Shown here in pieces: positions 1-9,341 of a stretch of 24,161 nt of DNA. How positions within the stretch are numbered: the first letter of the stretch is position 1; every line of letters starts with the position of its first letter. Position numbers and translations under genes: made by a program. Source of the stretch: Patescibacteria group bacterium (GTDB lineage: Bacteria; Methylomirabilota; Methylomirabilia; Methylomirabilales; Methylomirabilaceae); assembly GCA_035561835.1 (NCBI GenBank), contig DATMXF010000229.1:1-24161 (forward strand), read 5' to 3'. The notes below the pieces were generated by a model. It was not told the DNA's origin. It worked only from the letters and a program-made list of their open reading frames with translations, and made no database searches.

Positions 1-1
1 G

Positions 2-295
2 CACGAGATCGGCGCACAGAAGGGGACGAGGATTGTGGTTGGTTTTGCGGCGGAAACCGGTGAACTTATGCAACGAGCTCGCCACAAGCTGTCAACCAAG
101 CACCTCGATCTGATCGTGGCGAACGACGTAACCCAGGAGGGCGCCGGTTTCGCCTGTGAGACCAATCGAGTGGTCATCCTCGATCCGGATGGAGGGGTCG
201 AAGAGCTCCCGCTGCTTCCCAAGCGGCTGGTGGCGCAACGGATCCTCGATCGCGTAGTTGGCCTGCGGCAACAAAAAATAGGGTGTAGGGGTTAG
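2..295 (+). CDS. coaBC: CoaBC (phosphopantothenoylcysteine decarboxylase / phosphopantothenate-cysteine ligase), C-terminal fragment; 5' end lies outside the window
   Basis: The frame is open from the window edge to TAG at 293-295. The tail HEIGAQKGTRIVVGFAAETGEL..KHLDLIVANDV..GAGF..ETNRVVILD matches the conserved CoaB C-terminal blocks (GFAAET, DxIVAN) as I remember the family. Confidence 0.8.
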   Translation, partial: HEIGAQKGTRIVVGFAAETGELMQRARHKLSTKHLDLIVANDVTQEGAGFACETNRVVILDPDGGVEELPLLPKRLVAQRILDRVVGLRQQKIGCRG

Positions 296-330
296 GGTAA
301 ACTTCAGAACTTTTCTAAACCCTAAACCCT
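287..330 (+). terminator. Imperfect hairpin overlapping the coaBC stop codon (possible terminator, no U-tract)
   Basis: AGGGGTTAGGGT (287-298) pairs with ACCCTAAACCCT (319-330) at 11 of 12 positions, with a 20-nt loop. It is followed by CTCCCCC rather than a T-run. Confidence 0.25.
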
Positions 331-364
331 CTCCCCCATACCCTACTTCTATGGGAGGCGCAGT

Positions 365-1099
365 ATGATTGAAATCACCGGTCCCGACATTGACAGCCTG
401 CGCGAGCTGATCAGCCAGACACGCGCCCACGTTCGCAGGCAGCAGCGCTTGGGAGTGGAACGTCTGTACGTCGCATGGCCTGAACACGCGGGGGACCTTC
501 CTGAACCATCCCTGACGCTTACCAAGGTGCGGGAAACGCTGGGGGAGTGCACGCGGTGCAAGCTGCACAAGGATCGGAGGCATATCGTGTTCGGGGTCGG
601 GAACCCGAAGGCCTGGCTGGTCTTCGTTGGGGAGGCGCCAGGGGCAGATGAAGACGATCAGGGCGAGCCGTTCGTCGGGCGCGCGGGACAACTGCTCACC
701 AGGATCATCGAAGCAATGAAGCTGACCCGCGAACAGGTGTATATCTGTAACATCGTGAAGTGCCGGCCCCCGGCCAATCGCAACCCGGAGCCGGATGAGA
801 TCGCCGCCTGCGAGCCGTTCCTGATCGCGCAGCTTCAGGCTATCCAGCCAAAATTGATCTGCGCGCTGGGCACCTTTGCGGCCCAGACGCTCCTGCGCAC
901 CAGGGAGCCGATCTCGAAACTACGCGGGCGATTTCACGACTATCATGGGATCCTGGTCCTGCCCACCTTCCATCCCGCCTATCTGCTGCGTAACCCACAC
1001 GAAAAGAAGACGGTCTGGGAGGACATGAAGCTTCTGATGCGGGAGTACGAGCAACTCGGCAACACCCAACCTCTCGCCTCGGCGCCAGAATTCTCTTGA
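365..1099 (+). CDS. Uracil-DNA glycosylase, family 4 (Fe-S type)
   Basis: GGGAGG lies 6 nt upstream of the ATG. The motifs GECTRCKLH..., VFGVGNPKAWLVFVGEAPGADEDDQGEPFVGRAGQLL, ICNIVKCRPPANRNP and HPAYLLRNP are typical of family-4 UDGs. Confidence 0.85.
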   Translation: MIEITGPDIDSLRELISQTRAHVRRQQRLGVERLYVAWPEHAGDLPEPSLTLTKVRETLGECTRCKLHKDRRHIVFGVGNPKAWLVFVGEAPGADEDDQGEPFVGRAGQLLTRIIEAMKLTREQVYICNIVKCRPPANRNPEPDEIAACEPFLIAQLQAIQPKLICALGTFAAQTLLRTREPISKLRGRFHDYHGILVLPTFHPAYLLRNPHEKKTVWEDMKLLMREYEQLGNTQPLASAPEFS

Positions 1100-1152
1100 C
1101 GATCCGATCGAGATAACACAATTTAATACACAACACTCGAAGGAGGTGTGAC

Positions 1153-1482
1153 ATGTTCAGGCCTGGATGGTACACGTGGTGGTGCGGCGGCGCGATGACC
1201 TGTCTTGTGATTGCCCTGTCTCTCTTCCTGTCAGCTTCGGCTGATGCCGGTCTGGTTTCCGGACGCGTCAATGATGCAAAAGGGACATTTCAGTCTGGAG
1301 GAAGTTTCCGCGTAAAAGATTCATCCGGTAAGGTGGTCAAAGATTCCGTCAAAATAGATGAGTCGAAAGGGTATAGTCTCTTCCTGCCTCCCGGTATCTA
1401 CACGGCGGAGTTCAGCGATGGCAGAAGCGCAGTCATTCAGAGCCATCCGGAGCCGATACGGCAGGACATTCAGTTGAAGTGA
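1153..1482 (+). CDS. Small secreted protein, carboxypeptidase-regulatory-like beta-sandwich (hypothetical)
   Basis: Strong SD (GAAGGAGGTG) before the ATG. There is an N-terminal hydrophobic signal (MTCLVIALSLFLSASADA). GRVNDAKG...FRVKD..GKVV...Y.L.LPPGIYTAEF resembles CarboxypepD_reg-type repeats. Confidence 0.5.
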   Translation: MFRPGWYTWWCGGAMTCLVIALSLFLSASADAGLVSGRVNDAKGTFQSGGSFRVKDSSGKVVKDSVKIDESKGYSLFLPPGIYTAEFSDGRSAVIQSHPEPIRQDIQLK

Positions 1483-1499
1483 ACGCAGAGAGGGGGGCC

Positions 1500-2474
1500 A
1501 TGTCACGCGATCATGAGGGGGGTTTCAGTCGCTTACTGCAGGCGATCGATACCATAGCCAAGCTTGCCACGCCAGTAGCGGTGATTATCGCGGCATGGGT
1601 AGGCGCTCGCCTTGCAAACTCTTTTCAGCAAAGAATGGCGGAAACCACATTACATAGTCAGCGTCAGATCGCGGGCACGACCCTGCTCAGTGAGCGGGAA
1701 AAAGCCGAGAGTGAGCTGCGGGCCTCCATGTTTAACAGTCTCATCAATCCGTTCGTCGGATCCCGGGGTGGCGAGCAGATTTCTGCCGACCGGGAACAAC
1801 TGCTGGTAGAGCTTCTGGCTCTCAACTTTCACGAACACTTTGAACTGAAGCCGTTATTCGAGCGCGTAGATCAGAGACTCGCCAGGGAAGGAAAGCTGGA
1901 GGCGCGTCATGCGTTAAGGTCGATTGCTGATCGAATTATCGATCGTCAGATGGCCGCGCTGAGCAAGGAGGGGAGTAGTAACAGCTCAACAGGGGATGGG
2001 GCGAGGATTGACATGTTGACCATTACCGAACCGCCGCAAGCCCCCGGCCAGAAGGCGGTGTTTGAATCGCTTGTAGCCAACGAGCAACGACCGTTTCAGG
2101 TTGTGGGAACATTGAAGGAACCGATCGAGGACCTGAAATCGCCCGATGGAGCCCAGAAAGTTACGATCGTCGTCGATGACGCCGATTGGGCAAACCAGAA
2201 GTTTAAGATCCAATTGCTTATGGTCGGCACCAAGTCCGGCTTGGTGAACTCCAATACGGCATTCACGCTCAGCAGGTTCGATTTTCCACTGACCGACAAC
2301 ACCCTCTTTTCAGATGGTAACCGCATCGCTTTGGCTGTCTCCAGCATTCGCGTTGATGGGGGACTCAAGAGTGCGGCTCTCAAGTTGATCTGGTTCCCAA
2401 AAAACTATTTTACGCCGCGGGAGCGGCCGCTGGATTCCGCCGAGTTTCTGAAACTGGTAGGAAAGAAAACATAG
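1500..2474 (+). CDS. Hypothetical membrane-anchored protein
   Basis: Long ORF. I prefer the ATG at 1500 (AGAGGGGGG upstream) over the GTG at 1479. It has one predicted TM helix (AKLATPVAVIIAAWVGARLA). I recognise no family. GC is lower than in its neighbours. Confidence 0.5.
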   Translation: MSRDHEGGFSRLLQAIDTIAKLATPVAVIIAAWVGARLANSFQQRMAETTLHSQRQIAGTTLLSEREKAESELRASMFNSLINPFVGSRGGEQISADREQLLVELLALNFHEHFELKPLFERVDQRLAREGKLEARHALRSIADRIIDRQMAALSKEGSSNSSTGDGARIDMLTITEPPQAPGQKAVFESLVANEQRPFQVVGTLKEPIEDLKSPDGAQKVTIVVDDADWANQKFKIQLLMVGTKSGLVNSNTAFTLSRFDFPLTDNTLFSDGNRIALAVSSIRVDGGLKSAALKLIWFPKNYFTPRERPLDSAEFLKLVGKKT

Positions 2475-2588
2475 GGTGTTCGATTGAGCAGGATTCGAGA
2501 AACCGTCGAACGCCTATGAGTCGATCGTCAAGAAGCAGATAAGCATATAATGCCCTGGCGTGACCATGAGAGAAAGGAGAAGTATAGG

Positions 2589-3287
2589 ATGACAAGAAGG
2601 GCACCACTCTTCATTGCTATAGCGCTGAGTTTGGCCCTCACTATGGGATGTCGGATGAAGAGCGATATGAATCTCAAGGCTGCCAAGGTGAGTTCCTCAG
2701 CCGTCTACTGCCTCTTCGATCCATCCTGTGCGGTAACCGTCATCGACAGTAGTACCACTCCCATCCCGATGCAGGCTGGGGGAACGGCTTTCCTTCAGTC
2801 CCGCACCTTCACCGGTAAGCCCGGTACACCGGCGAGCGGTCTGTACGGGTATGAGTACCGGATTGATCTGGAGAAGGCCGTTCAGACCAAGATTCAGGTC
2901 GAGGAGCTCGGTGAGGAGATCACGTACATGCCTTGTCTGCGGTCTATAACGTTTGAGTTCGGTCCTATCATCGATACCTTGGATTACGATAGCGATGGGA
3001 AGGCCGGAGATCTGGCCTATGTCGTGACGAGCGGCGGTCCTGGAAAGATAGGCCTGGGATCTATAGAGCGGTACCACGGCCTGCTTACGTTTATCTTCGA
3101 CTCTCCCCTCTGCGTCGGAAGTCTCCAGGGTCAGGGCGATAGCACCTTCTTCTTCGGCCTTGCCTCCACAAAGCCGCCGAGGTCCGTCGAGTCAACCATC
3201 AAGGAGACAGCCGGTTTGGGAGCGGCATCACCAAAGATGAAGAAAAATATCAAATACAAAGTGCAGCTCCATGCGCCTCAGATTTGA
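2589..3287 (+). CDS. Hypothetical lipoprotein
   Basis: The internal ATG at 2589 is preceded by AAGGAGAAG. The signal peptide has a lipobox (LSLALTMGC). I recognise no family. Confidence 0.55.
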   Translation: MTRRAPLFIAIALSLALTMGCRMKSDMNLKAAKVSSSAVYCLFDPSCAVTVIDSSTTPIPMQAGGTAFLQSRTFTGKPGTPASGLYGYEYRIDLEKAVQTKIQVEELGEEITYMPCLRSITFEFGPIIDTLDYDSDGKAGDLAYVVTSGGPGKIGLGSIERYHGLLTFIFDSPLCVGSLQGQGDSTFFFGLASTKPPRSVESTIKETAGLGAASPKMKKNIKYKVQLHAPQI

Positions 3288-3358
3288 GGCTGGCCCTCAG
3301 ATGGCAGAAGCGCCTGTAGCGATCAGGCGGACAATCTGATCTGGCGCAAGACACCAGG

Positions 3359-3404
3359 CCGACCGAGGACCGGTAGCGGATAACCGTCACCGGTCCTCGG
3401 TCGG
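3359..3404 (+). terminator. Perfect 16-bp stem hairpin downstream of the lipoprotein gene
   Basis: CCGACCGAGGACCGGT (3359-3374) pairs with ACCGGTCCTCGGTCGG (3389-3404), with a 14-nt loop. No clear T-tract follows (AAAGCC). Confidence 0.4.
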
Positions 3405-3443
3405 AAAGCCGTCTCCGGGCGGTGCTCGCCCTTACCACAGTTC

Positions 3444-3473
3444 TTTACAGATAAAGGCCGTCTCAGCTATAGT
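3444..3473 (+). promoter_or_regulatory. Sigma70-like promoter candidate for priA (TTTACA-N18-TATAGT)
   Basis: TTTACA lies at 3444-3449 and TATAGT at 3468-3473. The priA ATG (3480) begins 7 nt after the -10 hexamer, and no SD lies between them. Confidence 0.4.
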
Positions 3474-3479
3474 CCGTGT

Positions 3480-6083
3480 ATGGCCACCGAAGCCGATCAT
3501 CTTCTTGTTCTTGCCGACATCGTCCTGCCGGTTCCACCACGAAGAGTCCTGACGTATACTATCCCACCCTCCATGCAGCAACAGGCGGAGATCGGCAAGC
3601 GAGCACTCGTCCCGCTCGGCCCTCGCATGGTGACCGGATATATTGTCGGTCTCGACACGTTCAGCGACCGGCGTTCAGCGACCAACCGTCAGACTTCAGA
3701 GATCAAGCCGATCGACGCAATCCTGGATATCGAGCCGCTTCTGGATCGCCACATGTTGGACCTGACGCGCCTGGTCGCGGACTACTATATGACGTCGTGG
3801 GGGTCGGTGATTCGAACAGCCCTGCCGCCTGGGATCGATCGCAGTACGGTCCGTACTGTTCAGCTTGTCGAGCCGCCGGACCTGGCTCCGCGTGCTGTCA
3901 GCGGGGAACAGCTCACCCAAGAGATTGGATGGCTCGACCCCTCTCAGCAGCAGATACTGACTACACTGCACACGCAACGCCGGATGTCGCTGGCATCGCT
4001 CAAACGGCGATGGCCGAACGAACAGGTTGACCGGCTTATCCGGTTGCTTGTCAGGCACAACCTGGCGAGGATAGAATATCAGGAACGTCTACCCTCAGTT
4101 CGGCCTGTCTTCCGGCCCTTGCTCAGCCTGGCGGTCGACCGGGCCACAGCGGAGATCGAGTTGGCCGCGCTCCGACGCCGGGCGCCGCGACAAGCCTCGT
4201 TACTCGATCGTCTGTTGCAATCCGGTGTAACGCTCACGTCCGCAGAGGCTACCACCATTGCCGGCGCCTCCGGGATTCGCAGTCTTATCGCTAAAGGCGT
4301 CATCCGCCGCACTACGGAGGAGATCGAGCGATCGCCATGGGACGAGACGACTGTTGTCACAGGCGCCTGGCCGGAACCCAACTCAGCCCAACACACAGCA
4401 ATTCACGGACTCCTGGAGGGACTCTCGTCACGCGCATTTCTCCCGGCGCTGCTCTATGGCGCAACGGGGAGCGGGAAAACCGAGGTCTATCTCCGGGTCA
4501 TCGGCGAGGTGGTACGACAGGGAGGGCAGGCGCTGGTACTCGTTCCGGAAATCGCCCTGACTCCTGTCACTGCCGATCGATTCCGCTCCCGCTTCGGCAA
4601 TCGGGTTGCGCTGTTGCACAGCGCTCTCTCACCCGGCGAGCGGCTGGATCAATGGCGTCGCATCAAGCGCGGACTGGCCGACATTGTCGTAGGCACGCGG
4701 TCGGCGGTCTTCGCTCCCCTCTCCCGCCTTAGCCTCATCGTGGTCGATGAAGAGCACGACGCATCCTACAAGCAGCAGGATGAGCCGCGCTATCACGCAA
4801 GAGACGTGGCATTGACCAGAGGAGAGATGTTGGGAGTTACCGTCCTCCTCGGCTCCGCCACCCCAAGCTATGAAAGCATTCATCGCGCAAAGGAAGGGGC
4901 TTACCGACTGTTCCGACTTCCGGAGCGGGTGGAGGACAGGGCGCTGCCTCGGATGACACTGATCGATATGCGCGAAGAACGCCTGTCCCGGCATGTTTCA
5001 GGCCGGGATGCGCGGCGCGAGGCGCGAAATCCCTCCAGCCCCCCCTTACAAAAGGAGGGTACGGGAAGATCTGAGGCATGGCGAGCAGGCGAACCGCTTA
5101 TCTTCTCCAGGCGGCTGGCGGACGCGATCAAGGAGGCACTGACAAAAGGGGAGCAGGTCCTGCTGTTCATCAATCGCCGAGGCTACGCCAGGTTGTTACT
5201 CTGCCGCGAGTGTGGTTTCACCTTGCGGTGTCCGCATTGCAGTGTCTCGCTTATCTACCATGCGGTGGATTCCAGAATGCGCTGCCACTACTGCGATTAT
5301 CGAGAACGGCCGCCGGAACATTGTCCTCAGTGCGGCGGGATTGCGTGTGGATGGTTAGGATACGGGACGCAGCAGGTCGAAGCCGCTGCTCGACTCCTCG
5401 CCCCGAATGCATCCATCGTCAGGATGGATCGCGACACCACCAGGCAACGGCGCGCGCACCAGCAGATTCTCACGGGCGTCCAGCAGAGGCGCACACAGAT
5501 TCTTATCGGGACGCAGATGGTCGGGAAAGGACATGACTTTCCCGGCATCACGTTAGTCGGTATCCTCTCCGCGGACGCCTCTATGCAGATCCCGGATTTC
5601 AGAGCCGGAGAGCGGACCTATGCACTGCTCACACAGGTGGCCGGGCGGGCCGGCCGCGGGGACCGCCCCGGCCACGTCATCGTCCAGACCTACAACCCGG
5701 AGCACTATTGCATCCTCGCGGCTCGCAATCACGATTATGAAGCGTTATACGGACTTGAGCGGCCGCTCAGAGAGGAGCGCGGTCTTCCTCCCTTCGGCTT
5801 TCTTGTCCTGCTCCTGGTCACCTCTTCACACGAGGGGCAGGCACAAGAAAAAGCTGAGCAACTCGCCGGTCTGTTCCTGGAGCGGGCCGTTTCGCCCCTT
5901 ACCGTCGAGGGGCCGGCTCCGGCGCCGGTTTATCGATTAAAAGGACGCTATCGCTGGCAGATCCTCGCCAAAGGTCCTGACCCGAGCACGCTGCATGACT
6001 GGGTCAAAGAAACGATTGCGCTGCTTCCGCCGTCAGGACAGGCCAGCATCGACATCGATGTCGATCCGGTCGATCTGTGTTGA
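3480..6083 (+). CDS. priA: Primosomal protein N' (replication restart helicase PriA)
   Basis: 867 aa. Walker A is YGATGSGKTEVY and DEAH-type Walker B is VVDEEHD. The Cys-rich zinc region is CRECGFTLRCPHCSVSLIYH...RCHYCDY...CPQCGG. The N-terminal 3'-DNA-binding-like start is LADIVLPVP...LTYTIP. Confidence 0.9.
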   Translation: MATEADHLLVLADIVLPVPPRRVLTYTIPPSMQQQAEIGKRALVPLGPRMVTGYIVGLDTFSDRRSATNRQTSEIKPIDAILDIEPLLDRHMLDLTRLVADYYMTSWGSVIRTALPPGIDRSTVRTVQLVEPPDLAPRAVSGEQLTQEIGWLDPSQQQILTTLHTQRRMSLASLKRRWPNEQVDRLIRLLVRHNLARIEYQERLPSVRPVFRPLLSLAVDRATAEIELAALRRRAPRQASLLDRLLQSGVTLTSAEATTIAGASGIRSLIAKGVIRRTTEEIERSPWDETTVVTGAWPEPNSAQHTAIHGLLEGLSSRAFLPALLYGATGSGKTEVYLRVIGEVVRQGGQALVLVPEIALTPVTADRFRSRFGNRVALLHSALSPGERLDQWRRIKRGLADIVVGTRSAVFAPLSRLSLIVVDEEHDASYKQQDEPRYHARDVALTRGEMLGVTVLLGSATPSYESIHRAKEGAYRLFRLPERVEDRALPRMTLIDMREERLSRHVSGRDARREARNPSSPPLQKEGTGRSEAWRAGEPLIFSRRLADAIKEALTKGEQVLLFINRRGYARLLLCRECGFTLRCPHCSVSLIYHAVDSRMRCHYCDYRERPPEHCPQCGGIACGWLGYGTQQVEAAARLLAPNASIVRMDRDTTRQRRAHQQILTGVQQRRTQILIGTQMVGKGHDFPGITLVGILSADASMQIPDFRAGERTYALLTQVAGRAGRGDRPGHVIVQTYNPEHYCILAARNHDYEALYGLERPLREERGLPPFGFLVLLLVTSSHEGQAQEKAEQLAGLFLERAVSPLTVEGPAPAPVYRLKGRYRWQILAKGPDPSTLHDWVKETIALLPPSGQASIDIDVDPVDLC

Positions 6084-6088
6084 GCGAG

Positions 6089-6145
6089 CAGCGAACAGCG
6101 CTCAGCCATCAGCTTTCAGCTTCCTTTGCTGACCGCTGTTCGCTG
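6089..6145 (+). terminator. Hairpin after priA (12-bp perfect stem, large loop)
   Basis: CAGCGAACAGCG (6089-6100) pairs with CGCTGTTCGCTG (6134-6145), with a 33-nt loop. No T-tract follows directly. Confidence 0.3.
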
Positions 6146-6170
6146 ACGGCGATCATTTGTCTTTTAACCG

Positions 6171-6995
6171 GTGATGTATTACAGTAGCGGCATAATGACG
6201 AGAATAATGAGTCAGAGGGAGACTGAGTCGCCGCTTCATATGGGCGAATCTCTGGATGACCTCGGTATCTCTGGTCTCAAGGTGATCCGGAATTTAACGG
6301 GTTTCCGTCATTCGGTGGATGCGCTATTGCTGGCGCAGTGGGCTGCGCCGCGATCGACCGACCGGGTCCTTGATCTCGGCTGCGGCAACGGCGTGATCGC
6401 CTTCCTGCTGGCTCATCGACATCCGGATCTTCGCATAGCCGGGCTTGAGATCCAGCCCGCCTTGGCCGATCGGGCCAGGCGGGGAGTGCAACTCAACGGG
6501 CTACAGGGCCGCATCGAGATTATGGAAGGCGACCTCCGTCAGGTGAAAGGGCTGCTACCGGCCGCAGGTTTTGATATGGTTCTCTGTAACCCGCCATATC
6601 GAGAGTTGGCCAGTGGGCGGCTCAGTCCGGATCCGGAGATCCGACAAGCCAAGCATGAGCTGACCGCCACCCTTGAAGAGGCGATTGCGGCCGTCCGATA
6701 CCTGCTCGCACCCAAAGGACGAACGTGCCTGATCTACCATGCCTCGCGGCTCGTCGATCTGCTGAGCAGCCTCAGGGCGACACGGCTGGAACCAAAGAGA
6801 TTGCGGTTGGTCCACTCTTACCCCGGCGCCGAGGCGGAACTGAGCTTAGTGGAGGCGCGGCGGGACGGGCGACCGGGACTGCAGATCCTTGCCCCTCTGT
6901 TCGTCTATCAGGCACGAGGCGGCCCTTTATCGCCTGGCATGGAAGCCATCTATCGCAGTCTGACCTTGTCTGACATTCGGAGTACAGTCGCATGA
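6171..6995 (+). CDS. Class I SAM-dependent N6-adenine-type methyltransferase (YfiC/TrmN6-like tRNA m6A37 methyltransferase family)
   Basis: The SAM motif is VLDLGCGNGVIAFLLA and the catalytic motif is VLCNPPY. The start is uncertain: GTG 6171, ATG 6174 and ATG 6195 are all possible. The stop overlaps the next start (ATGA at 6992-6995). Confidence 0.65.
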   Translation: MMYYSSGIMTRIMSQRETESPLHMGESLDDLGISGLKVIRNLTGFRHSVDALLLAQWAAPRSTDRVLDLGCGNGVIAFLLAHRHPDLRIAGLEIQPALADRARRGVQLNGLQGRIEIMEGDLRQVKGLLPAAGFDMVLCNPPYRELASGRLSPDPEIRQAKHELTATLEEAIAAVRYLLAPKGRTCLIYHASRLVDLLSSLRATRLEPKRLRLVHSYPGAEAELSLVEARRDGRPGLQILAPLFVYQARGGPLSPGMEAIYRSLTLSDIRSTVA

Positions 6996-7849
6996 GTCGA
7001 TACATCATCGCTCTTGCCCAGATGAACCCCGCCCTCGGCGATCTGGAACGCAATCTTGCCCTGCATGAAAAGACGGCCGAGGAGGCGATCGGCCGCGGCG
7101 CCGGCCTGCTGATCTGTCCTGAATTGAGTCTGACCGGATACTTTCTCAAAGACATCGTCTCATCCGTGGCCCTGCCCTTGACCAGCCCCATTCTCAGCAG
7201 ACTCAGGGATTTGAGCCGTCGTATCGATCTTGTGGTCGGACTGGTTGAAGAGTCGCCAGAACATCTGTTCTACAATGCCGCCCTCTATCTCTCCAGGGGC
7301 GAGATCCGACACGTCCACCGGAAGGTCTACTTGCCCACGTACGGGATCTTCGATGAGCAACGATATCTCGCGGAGGGCAGTCGAATCAGAACATTTCAAG
7401 CGGACATCGGTCGATCTGCGATGTTGATCTGCGAGGATATGTGGCATCCCTCGGCCGCGTGTATTGCCTCCCTCGATGGGATGGAGATCATCATCTCGCC
7501 CTCTGCCAGTCCGGGTCGCGGGGGTTTGGAGGAAGGTCGCACGTTCGCGAACGCCAGAGCCTGGGAAACGATTAATCGGGCCTATGCTCAGCTCTTTACC
7601 TGCTATGTCCTGTACGCGAATCGGGTCGGTTACGAGGATGGGGCCTGCTTCTGGGGCGGCTCAGAGGTGATCGCCCCATCCGGCGAACCGATGGCCAAGG
7701 CGGAGTATCTCAGCGAGCAGATCCTGATAGCCGAAATCGACTCGGCAGAGGTTCGGCGGGCCAGAATAGCGAATCCTCTGCTTCGAGATGAGCGATTGGA
7801 TGTCACGCTTCGAGAACTTGAACGGGTGAAACGAGAGGTGGCCAGGTGA
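6992..7849 (+). CDS. Carbon-nitrogen hydrolase (nitrilase superfamily), likely glutaminase partner of NadE
   Basis: The Glu-Lys-Cys triad contexts are visible: [27 protein letters not shown]. It is coupled on both sides (ATGA at 6992-6995, GTGA at 7846-7849). Confidence 0.8.
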   Translation: MSRYIIALAQMNPALGDLERNLALHEKTAEEAIGRGAGLLICPELSLTGYFLKDIVSSVALPLTSPILSRLRDLSRRIDLVVGLVEESPEHLFYNAALYLSRGEIRHVHRKVYLPTYGIFDEQRYLAEGSRIRTFQADIGRSAMLICEDMWHPSAACIASLDGMEIIISPSASPGRGGLEEGRTFANARAWETINRAYAQLFTCYVLYANRVGYEDGACFWGGSEVIAPSGEPMAKAEYLSEQILIAEIDSAEVRRARIANPLLRDERLDVTLRELERVKREVAR

Positions 7850-8667
7850 GCGCTCCCTCCCTACACTGCGAATTCGTCCAAAAGATCCTGACCGGGTTTA
7901 TTGTCAATGAAGTCCGAAAGGCCGGCTTCAGCCGTATCGTGGTCGGACTTTCCGGCGGGGTCGATTCGGCCCTATCCGCGTATCTCGGGGCGAAGGCCCT
8001 TGGGGCCGAGAATGTCTGGGCCCTCATGATGCCGTACAAAACCAGCAGTCCGGAGAGTCGGGAGCACGCTGAGCTGGTCGTGAAGCAACTCCGTATCCAA
8101 TCGGATGTCATCGACATCACACCGATGGTGGATGCCTATTACGAACGGTTTCCCGAGTCGGATCACGTTCGCCGGGGCAACAAGATGGCCCGCGAGCGGA
8201 TGACGATCCTCTTCGATCATTCGGCCAAGCTGAAGGCCCTGGTTCTCGGGACCAGCAACAAAACGGAACTGCTGCTGGGGTACGGCACACTGTATGGCGA
8301 TATGGCCAGCGCCATTAATCCCCTTGGCGATCTGTACAAGACCCAGGTCCGGCAACTGGCTTGCTACATGGGTATCCCGGAGGCTATCGTCCGAAAGGCG
8401 CCCAGCGGGGATCTCTGGGTTGGACAGACCGACGAGGCGGAGCTTGGCTTTAGTTACGAGGAGGTAGATCGGGTTCTCAATCTGATGGTAGACCGTCGTT
8501 ACGAAATCCCTGAGATTGTTGCTGCCGGCTTCGACGAGCGGTTCGTCCGGGCGGTTCTCGCCAAGGTCCAGGCATCCCAGTACAAGCGCCGCCCGCCCCT
8601 TATCGCCAAGATCTCTGCCCGCACGATTGATCGCGACTTCCGCTACCCCCGCGACTGGGGTAAGTAA
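7846..8667 (+). CDS. nadE: NAD+ synthetase, single-domain (NadE)
   Basis: The PP-loop is GLSGGVDSA, followed by [18 protein letters not shown] and LGDLYKTQV. The GTG start overlaps the upstream stop. Confidence 0.9.
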   Translation: MSAPSLHCEFVQKILTGFIVNEVRKAGFSRIVVGLSGGVDSALSAYLGAKALGAENVWALMMPYKTSSPESREHAELVVKQLRIQSDVIDITPMVDAYYERFPESDHVRRGNKMARERMTILFDHSAKLKALVLGTSNKTELLLGYGTLYGDMASAINPLGDLYKTQVRQLACYMGIPEAIVRKAPSGDLWVGQTDEAELGFSYEEVDRVLNLMVDRRYEIPEIVAAGFDERFVRAVLAKVQASQYKRRPPLIAKISARTIDRDFRYPRDWGK

Positions 8668-8800
8668 CGCTGCTATCACTCCGGATGTGGCGGGCACGGG
8701 AATTCCTCATGAAGGGTGCCCATTCCTTCTGCCCAATATCAACGGAGGAAAAACGCAGGACCTGCCGAGGCGATCTCCCGGACAGCAAGCCCTATCTCTA

Positions 8801-9328
8801 CTACTTAAAAGCATAGTTTATGTAGACGTGGTACGCCATGAGCAGCAACAACGCCATAGATAATCCGACATGGGCGCTGATCCACACCGGTCTGTACCAG
8901 GGCTTGTGGATTTTCACGATTTGAAAATTGAACAAGCCGGTGAGGAAGGCCAGCAACAACGTCAGGCTGAGGATTTCGAGATAGCCGTATCCCAAGGTTT
9001 GGGAATGGCCAAAGAAAAATAACAGAAGCAGAGCGCCGAAAAGTTTGTGGCGACCCATCATGGTTGCGGTATTGCGCTGCTCCCCCTGAGCGCGCTTCAC
9101 GGAAAAACGCCATTGATAAAGAACAAACGCAAACAATCCGAAGCCTGTGGCGAGTTTATACGTGCTGTCGCCTTGCAGTCCGGTCAATAAGGTCCACTGC
9201 CACCCAATCGATTGCTGGACAATCAAAGCCACCAGCAGGAACAGACCCAGCCAAAAATACCCTTTGGCGGGTACACCGGACTTCAGGCCGTCCGGAAGCA
9301 ACGATTTAAGTCGGTTGAAGCCTTGCAT
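8801..9328 (-). CDS. Integral membrane protein, candidate di-heme b-type cytochrome (two H-x13-H helices)
   Basis: I trimmed the track ORF (8801-9571) to the ATG at 9328 because the 5' extension overlaps the upstream gene. About 5 hydrophobic helices. HKLFGALLLLFFFGH and HVGLSMALLLLMAYH each place two His residues 14 positions apart. Confidence 0.55.
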   Translation of the reverse strand: MQGFNRLKSLLPDGLKSGVPAKGYFWLGLFLLVALIVQQSIGWQWTLLTGLQGDSTYKLATGFGLFAFVLYQWRFSVKRAQGEQRNTATMMGRHKLFGALLLLFFFGHSQTLGYGYLEILSLTLLLAFLTGLFNFQIVKIHKPWYRPVWISAHVGLSMALLLLMAYHVYINYAFK

Positions 9329-9341
9329 AAAGACCAAGCTT

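Noticed and set aside
319-330. Telomere-like CCCTAA(A) repeats (ACCCTAAACCCT, with GGGTTAGGG on the other arm).
   Set aside because: There are only about two units, and they form the arms of a local hairpin at the coaBC stop. There is no array and no biological context for telomeric repeats in a bacterial operon.
3476-4030. A 184-aa ORF in an alternative frame over the start of priA, plus other nested ORFs within priA (for example 4258-4732 and 5078-5536).
   Set aside because: The PriA frame carries all the helicase and zinc-finger motifs. The alternative frames are Arg/Ser/Pro-rich with no recognisable features.
7972-8697. A 241-aa ORF antisense to nadE. Similarly, 20233-20985 is antisense to the porin gene and 22793-23440 is antisense to ftsH.
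   Set aside because: The sense-strand genes have unambiguous family motifs. The antisense translations are featureless.
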